Positions 60,479 to 64,000 of a DNA stretch of 64,000 nucleotides are shown piece after piece. Source of the DNA: an uncultured Clostridia bacterium. Lineage in GTDB: Bacteria; Bacillota; Clostridia; Oscillospirales; Oscillospiraceae. The stretch's first letter is position 1. Every line of letters starts with the position of its first letter. Below the pieces are notes generated by a model, which worked only from the letters and a program-made list of their open reading frames with translations, ran no database searches and had not been told where the DNA came from. The stretch covers positions 7,790 through 71,789 of the forward strand of contig CAMCDX010000002.1 in assembly GCA_945873695.1 (NCBI GenBank), written 5' to 3'. The translations under genes and the position numbers were made by a program.

Positions 60479-62923
60479 ATGAAGAAGTTCCTTTCTCTGG
60501 TTCTGGCTCTGGTGATGGCCATGTCTCTGGTCACCGTCAGCGCCGGCGCCAAGGACTTCACCGACGCCAGCGACATCGAGTATGATGACGCCGTCGCCGT
60601 GATGTCCGCCGTGGGCGTCGTCGATGGTTACACCGACGGCTCCTTCAATCCCACCGCCACCCTGACCCGTGGTGCCGCCGCCAAGATCATCTGCAACATG
60701 ATCCTGGGTCCCACCACCGCCGCTGCTCTGAGCGCTGATTCCGCTCCTTACAGCGACGTCCCCGCCAACCATGTCTTCGCTGGCTACATCTCCTACTGCC
60801 AGCAGCAGGGCATCATCTCCGGTTATGCCGACGGTACCTTCCGTCCCGCTGGCACCCTGACCGGCTATGCCTTCATGAAGATGCTGCTGGGCGCTCTGGG
60901 CTATGATGCCGACATTGAGGTCTACACCGGCCCCAACTGGTCCATCGCTGTTGCCAAGCGCGCTCTGAACATCGGCCTGGATGACGGCAACGACGAGTTC
61001 GTCGGCACCAAGGCTGTCACCCGTGAAGAGGCCTGCCTGTATGCCTTCAACGCTCTGCAGGCTGACATGGTCGAGTACAAGGACAACTCCACCATCAGCA
61101 TCGGCGATATCGTCATCTCCAACAAGTCCACTGCTACTGTCGTGAACGACAAGAACAGCAACAAGATTTGGAAGGACGACGACGCCACCCAGTTCGCTGA
61201 GAAGTACTTCTCCAAGCTGGATGTGGACGAGGACGAGCATGACGACTTCGGCCGCCCCGCCACCGTCTGGAGCTATGACGGCGACGAGATCGGCACCTAT
61301 GCCAAGGAGCCCGTCCTGACCTACACCGAGGATGTCAAGTACACTGACGTTAACGATGACGTCGATGATGCCGGCTATGAGTTCAACACCGACAAGGATG
61401 CTAAAAAGGTCCTGACCATTTACTCCAATGGTAGCCCCAAGCAGGTCCTTGATGGCGCCACGGTTGCCGAGCTGATCGAAAAGACCGACAAGCTGGGCGG
61501 CAAGGGCGTCCAGGTCGAGCTGTTCGCCAACAGCAAGGACGTCATCGATACCATCGTCATGGTCTACACCTATGCCGCTGAGATCACCAGCGTTGTGGAA
61601 GACGACAAGGACACCAAGCGCAAGGACGAGAGCGCTCTGGAGCTGACCGTTTACATGGACGGCGCTGACTCCAATACCGATACCACCATTGACAAGGATA
61701 CCGAGGGCTTCGAGGCCATCTATGCCGATGCCGAAGAGGGCGATATCGTTCTGGTGACCCCCAAGGGCGACAAGAATGATGATGACGTCGAGATCCTGAC
61801 TGTTGCTCTGGCCGAGACCGTTGAGGGCGAAGTCACCTCCGTCAGCGCTGACTGGGTCAAGATCGACGGCGTGAAGTATGAGCTTGCTGCCGAGTACAGC
61901 GGCGCCAAGTTCAACGTTAAGGACGAGGGCACCTTCTATCTGTGCAACGGCTATGTGATCCACTATGTGGAGGATGAGGCCGCTGAGGGCCAGTACCTGT
62001 TTGTGGTCCGTGGCGGCAAAGATGAGGATAAGTTCGGCAAGGCTACTTACTACGCCGAGGCTGTCTTCACCGACGGCACTTCCGAGACCATCGTGACCAA
62101 GAAGGTCGACGGTGAGGAGAAGGAAGTTGGTATGGGTCTGTACGCCTTCAAGTATGACGAGAAGAAGGACACCTACACTCTGACCAGCGTTAAGGGTGCC
62201 GATTTGGGCAAGGTCGACATCACCAAGGGCAAGACCTCCATTAAGAATGCCGAGACTGCCAAGTCCGTTGCTACCGTCAACAGCAAGACTGTCTTCGTGA
62301 ACATCAAGCTGGATGATAAGGCTTTCGATGACGCTACTGTCTATGCTGGCTACAAGAAGGTCTCCACCATGGAGAGCGTTAAGGCTTACGCCGTGATCGA
62401 CGGCACCGCCGAGTACGTGTTCACCATTGACGGCGAGGCCAAGAACGACAGCGACGACCTGATCTACGTTGCCGGCGAGTCTGTCTCCAAGCGGATCAGC
62501 GACAAGGATCTGGGTGACTACTACACCTACAACGCCATCGTGGGCGGCAAGATCGTGGAGATCATGGTCGACGCCGACATGGAGGGCGCCGATAAGCTGA
62601 ACGGCCTGTATGACAGCGCCAGCATCAACGACGACGAGGTCTACACCAAGCTGCAGGCCAAGGACGTTGACAGCGTGACCGAGTCCGCCGTCAACTTCAA
62701 GAAGGCCGCTGACGATGTTGTCACCCTGGAGAAGACCGTGGATGGCAAGACCGTGAAGGTCGCCGCTCTGGCCTACACCAATGATGTGACCGTGTTCGTC
62801 ATCGACACCGACGGCGACATCGCCACCGGCTCCATCAACCGCAATTACAGCAACGTCGACGTGACTTATGTCACCAACGACGACGACGAGGTCACCTGCT
62901 TCTACATCGAGAAGCTGGCCTAA
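60479..62923 (+). CDS. S-layer homology domain protein (probable major S-layer protein)
   Basis: Signal peptide; SLH motifs GY.DG.F.P...LTR; acidic body; strongly biased codons; AAAAGGAGG RBS. Confidence 0.85.
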   Translation: MKKFLSLVLALVMAMSLVTVSAGAKDFTDASDIEYDDAVAVMSAVGVVDGYTDGSFNPTATLTRGAAAKIICNMILGPTTAAALSADSAPYSDVPANHVFAGYISYCQQQGIISGYADGTFRPAGTLTGYAFMKMLLGALGYDADIEVYTGPNWSIAVAKRALNIGLDDGNDEFVGTKAVTREEACLYAFNALQADMVEYKDNSTISIGDIVISNKSTATVVNDKNSNKIWKDDDATQFAEKYFSKLDVDEDEHDDFGRPATVWSYDGDEIGTYAKEPVLTYTEDVKYTDVNDDVDDAGYEFNTDKDAKKVLTIYSNGSPKQVLDGATVAELIEKTDKLGGKGVQVELFANSKDVIDTIVMVYTYAAEITSVVEDDKDTKRKDESALELTVYMDGADSNTDTTIDKDTEGFEAIYADAEEGDIVLVTPKGDKNDDDVEILTVALAETVEGEVTSVSADWVKIDGVKYELAAEYSGAKFNVKDEGTFYLCNGYVIHYVEDEAAEGQYLFVVRGGKDEDKFGKATYYAEAVFTDGTSETIVTKKVDGEEKEVGMGLYAFKYDEKKDTYTLTSVKGADLGKVDITKGKTSIKNAETAKSVATVNSKTVFVNIKLDDKAFDDATVYAGYKKVSTMESVKAYAVIDGTAEYVFTIDGEAKNDSDDLIYVAGESVSKRISDKDLGDYYTYNAIVGGKIVEIMVDADMEGADKLNGLYDSASINDDEVYTKLQAKDVDSVTESAVNFKKAADDVVTLEKTVDGKTVKVAALAYTNDVTVFVIDTDGDIATGSINRNYSNVDVTYVTNDDDEVTCFYIEKLA

Positions 62924-62954
62924 TAACCATTAGGTCCTGACCTTTCTGTAACGC

Positions 62955-62990
62955 AAAAAAGCCCCGCTCCGTTTCGGAGCGGGGCTTTTT
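62955..62990. terminator. Bidirectional terminator
   Basis: AAAAAAGCCCCGCTCCG/CGGAGCGGGGCTTTTT. Confidence 0.82.
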
Positions 62991-63000
62991 CTGTGTGGGT

Positions 63001-63438
63001 TTATCCGATGGCGAAGTAGCAATAGGTACTGCCGCCGATATTCATTTGGTCGGCCGCCGATGAAGCGCTGGTATACCAGGACAAACTGTTGCCATCCCAG
63101 GAGATTGTTAAGTCCAGAAAGCTTCCGCTGCTGGTAAAAGAACCGAAGCCGGGGGATTTGGTTTGCCCCCGGATGAATAGTGTACCGGCTTCCAGTGAAT
63201 TGGTATTGTCAATGGCGACGATCACCAGTTTGGGCGGAAAGTCGAAGGTCAGGGTATTGGGATTGTCGCTGCCTTTGGTGCCGGTACCCATATAGCTGCC
63301 CACGGCGATCCTGGGCACGAGAGCCTGGATCGCCGCCAGGGCGGCGTCCGTTTTCGCGTTGTCGCTGTTGAAATCTGCCCGCAGGATGCGGTCCTCCGCG
63401 TCCCACTGGTTCAGTTGATAATTGGTCGTTTGCTGCAA
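63001..63438 (-). CDS. Hypothetical protein, phage tail-fibre-like
   Basis: T.NYQLNQW...D.I.R.DFN.DN...D.AL head, GSY.GTG, ends YFAIG; TTG start after GAGG. Confidence 0.6.
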   Translation of the reverse strand: MQQTTNYQLNQWDAEDRILRADFNSDNAKTDAALAAIQALVPRIAVGSYMGTGTKGSDNPNTLTFDFPPKLVIVAIDNTNSLEAGTLFIRGQTKSPGFGSFTSSGSFLDLTISWDGNSLSWYTSASSAADQMNIGGSTYCYFAIG

Positions 63439-63711
63439 AGTGAGTTCCTCTTTTCCTTTCAGATGGCCCGGTCTGGCCGGGACCGGGCCTGTGGGGGGAG
63501 AGCGCGGAGCGGCCCTCCGGGACGTGTTGGCTTGTCTCCCGGGGCTTGCCCTACACTACTTCGTAGCGTAGGGCAAAAGTTGTACGTGCCCGGGCATCCA
63601 AAGAGAAAAAAATTTCGCCGCCGTGAGACGGCCTGTGCCCTTCCGCCTCCGGGGACTTGCGGCAGAGCGTGGGCGAGGGTATAATGGGGGAAAAACGAAA
63701 GGAGGCTGCCT

Positions 63712-64000
63712 ATGGTCGGCCGTTTCGCGCCCTCGCCCAGCGGGCGCATCCATCTGGGCAACATCCTCTGCTGCCTCCTGGCCTGGCTCAGCGTCCGCCA
63801 GCAGGGCGGGGAAGTGGTGCTGCGGATCGAGGACCTGGACAGCGCCCGGTGCCCCCGGCGGTACGCGGACCAGATGGAGGAGGACCTGTGGTGGCTGGGG
63901 CTGGACTGGGACCAGGGCCCCGTTGTGGGCGGCCCGGAGGAGTCCTACTACCAGAGTGAGCGGACAGAGCTGTACCAGGCGGCCCTGGAAAAGCTGGAGG
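63712..64000 (+). CDS. gluQ: Glutamyl-Q tRNA(Asp) synthetase, 5' part (runs off window)
   Basis: Manual translation MVGRFAPSPSGRIHLGN...LRIEDLD...WLGLDWD...YYQSER; AAAGGAGG RBS. Confidence 0.82.
   Translation, partial: MVGRFAPSPSGRIHLGNILCCLLAWLSVRQQGGEVVLRIEDLDSARCPRRYADQMEEDLWWLGLDWDQGPVVGGPEESYYQSERTELYQAALEKLE

Overview
GC-rich chromosomal window from a spore-forming Firmicute (spoVT, SLH protein, glgD; the style suggests Oscillospiraceae, which is an inference). In order it holds: an IS3/IS150-type end remnant and a cupin; a cyclase-AhpD-flavin oxidoreductase cluster; a MATE pump; a hybrid kinase plus nfo; an XRE/small Cys-rich protein divergon with twin operators; a thiamine-salvage divergon with back-to-back TPP riboswitches, bracketed by two inverted copies of a 221-bp hairpin-associated MITE; an LTA synthase; a CobW pair; alsT and spoVT; a ~20-kb uncharacterised acid-sugar catabolic supercluster (two DUF1537 kinases, PdxA2, three aldolases, a LarA-like protein, a UxaA-like dehydratase, a TTT transporter and a GAFTGA-less PrpR-like regulator with visible operators); a racemase/DAACS block; glgBCDAP (GlgA with an acidic plus histone-H1-like tail and a candidate internal promoter); a DEAD helicase; an orphan OppA; an S-layer gene with a structured leader; a lone tail-fibre-like gene; and the 5' part of gluQ. 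No rRNA, tRNA or CRISPR array was seen. All calls come from motif reading only, with no database search.
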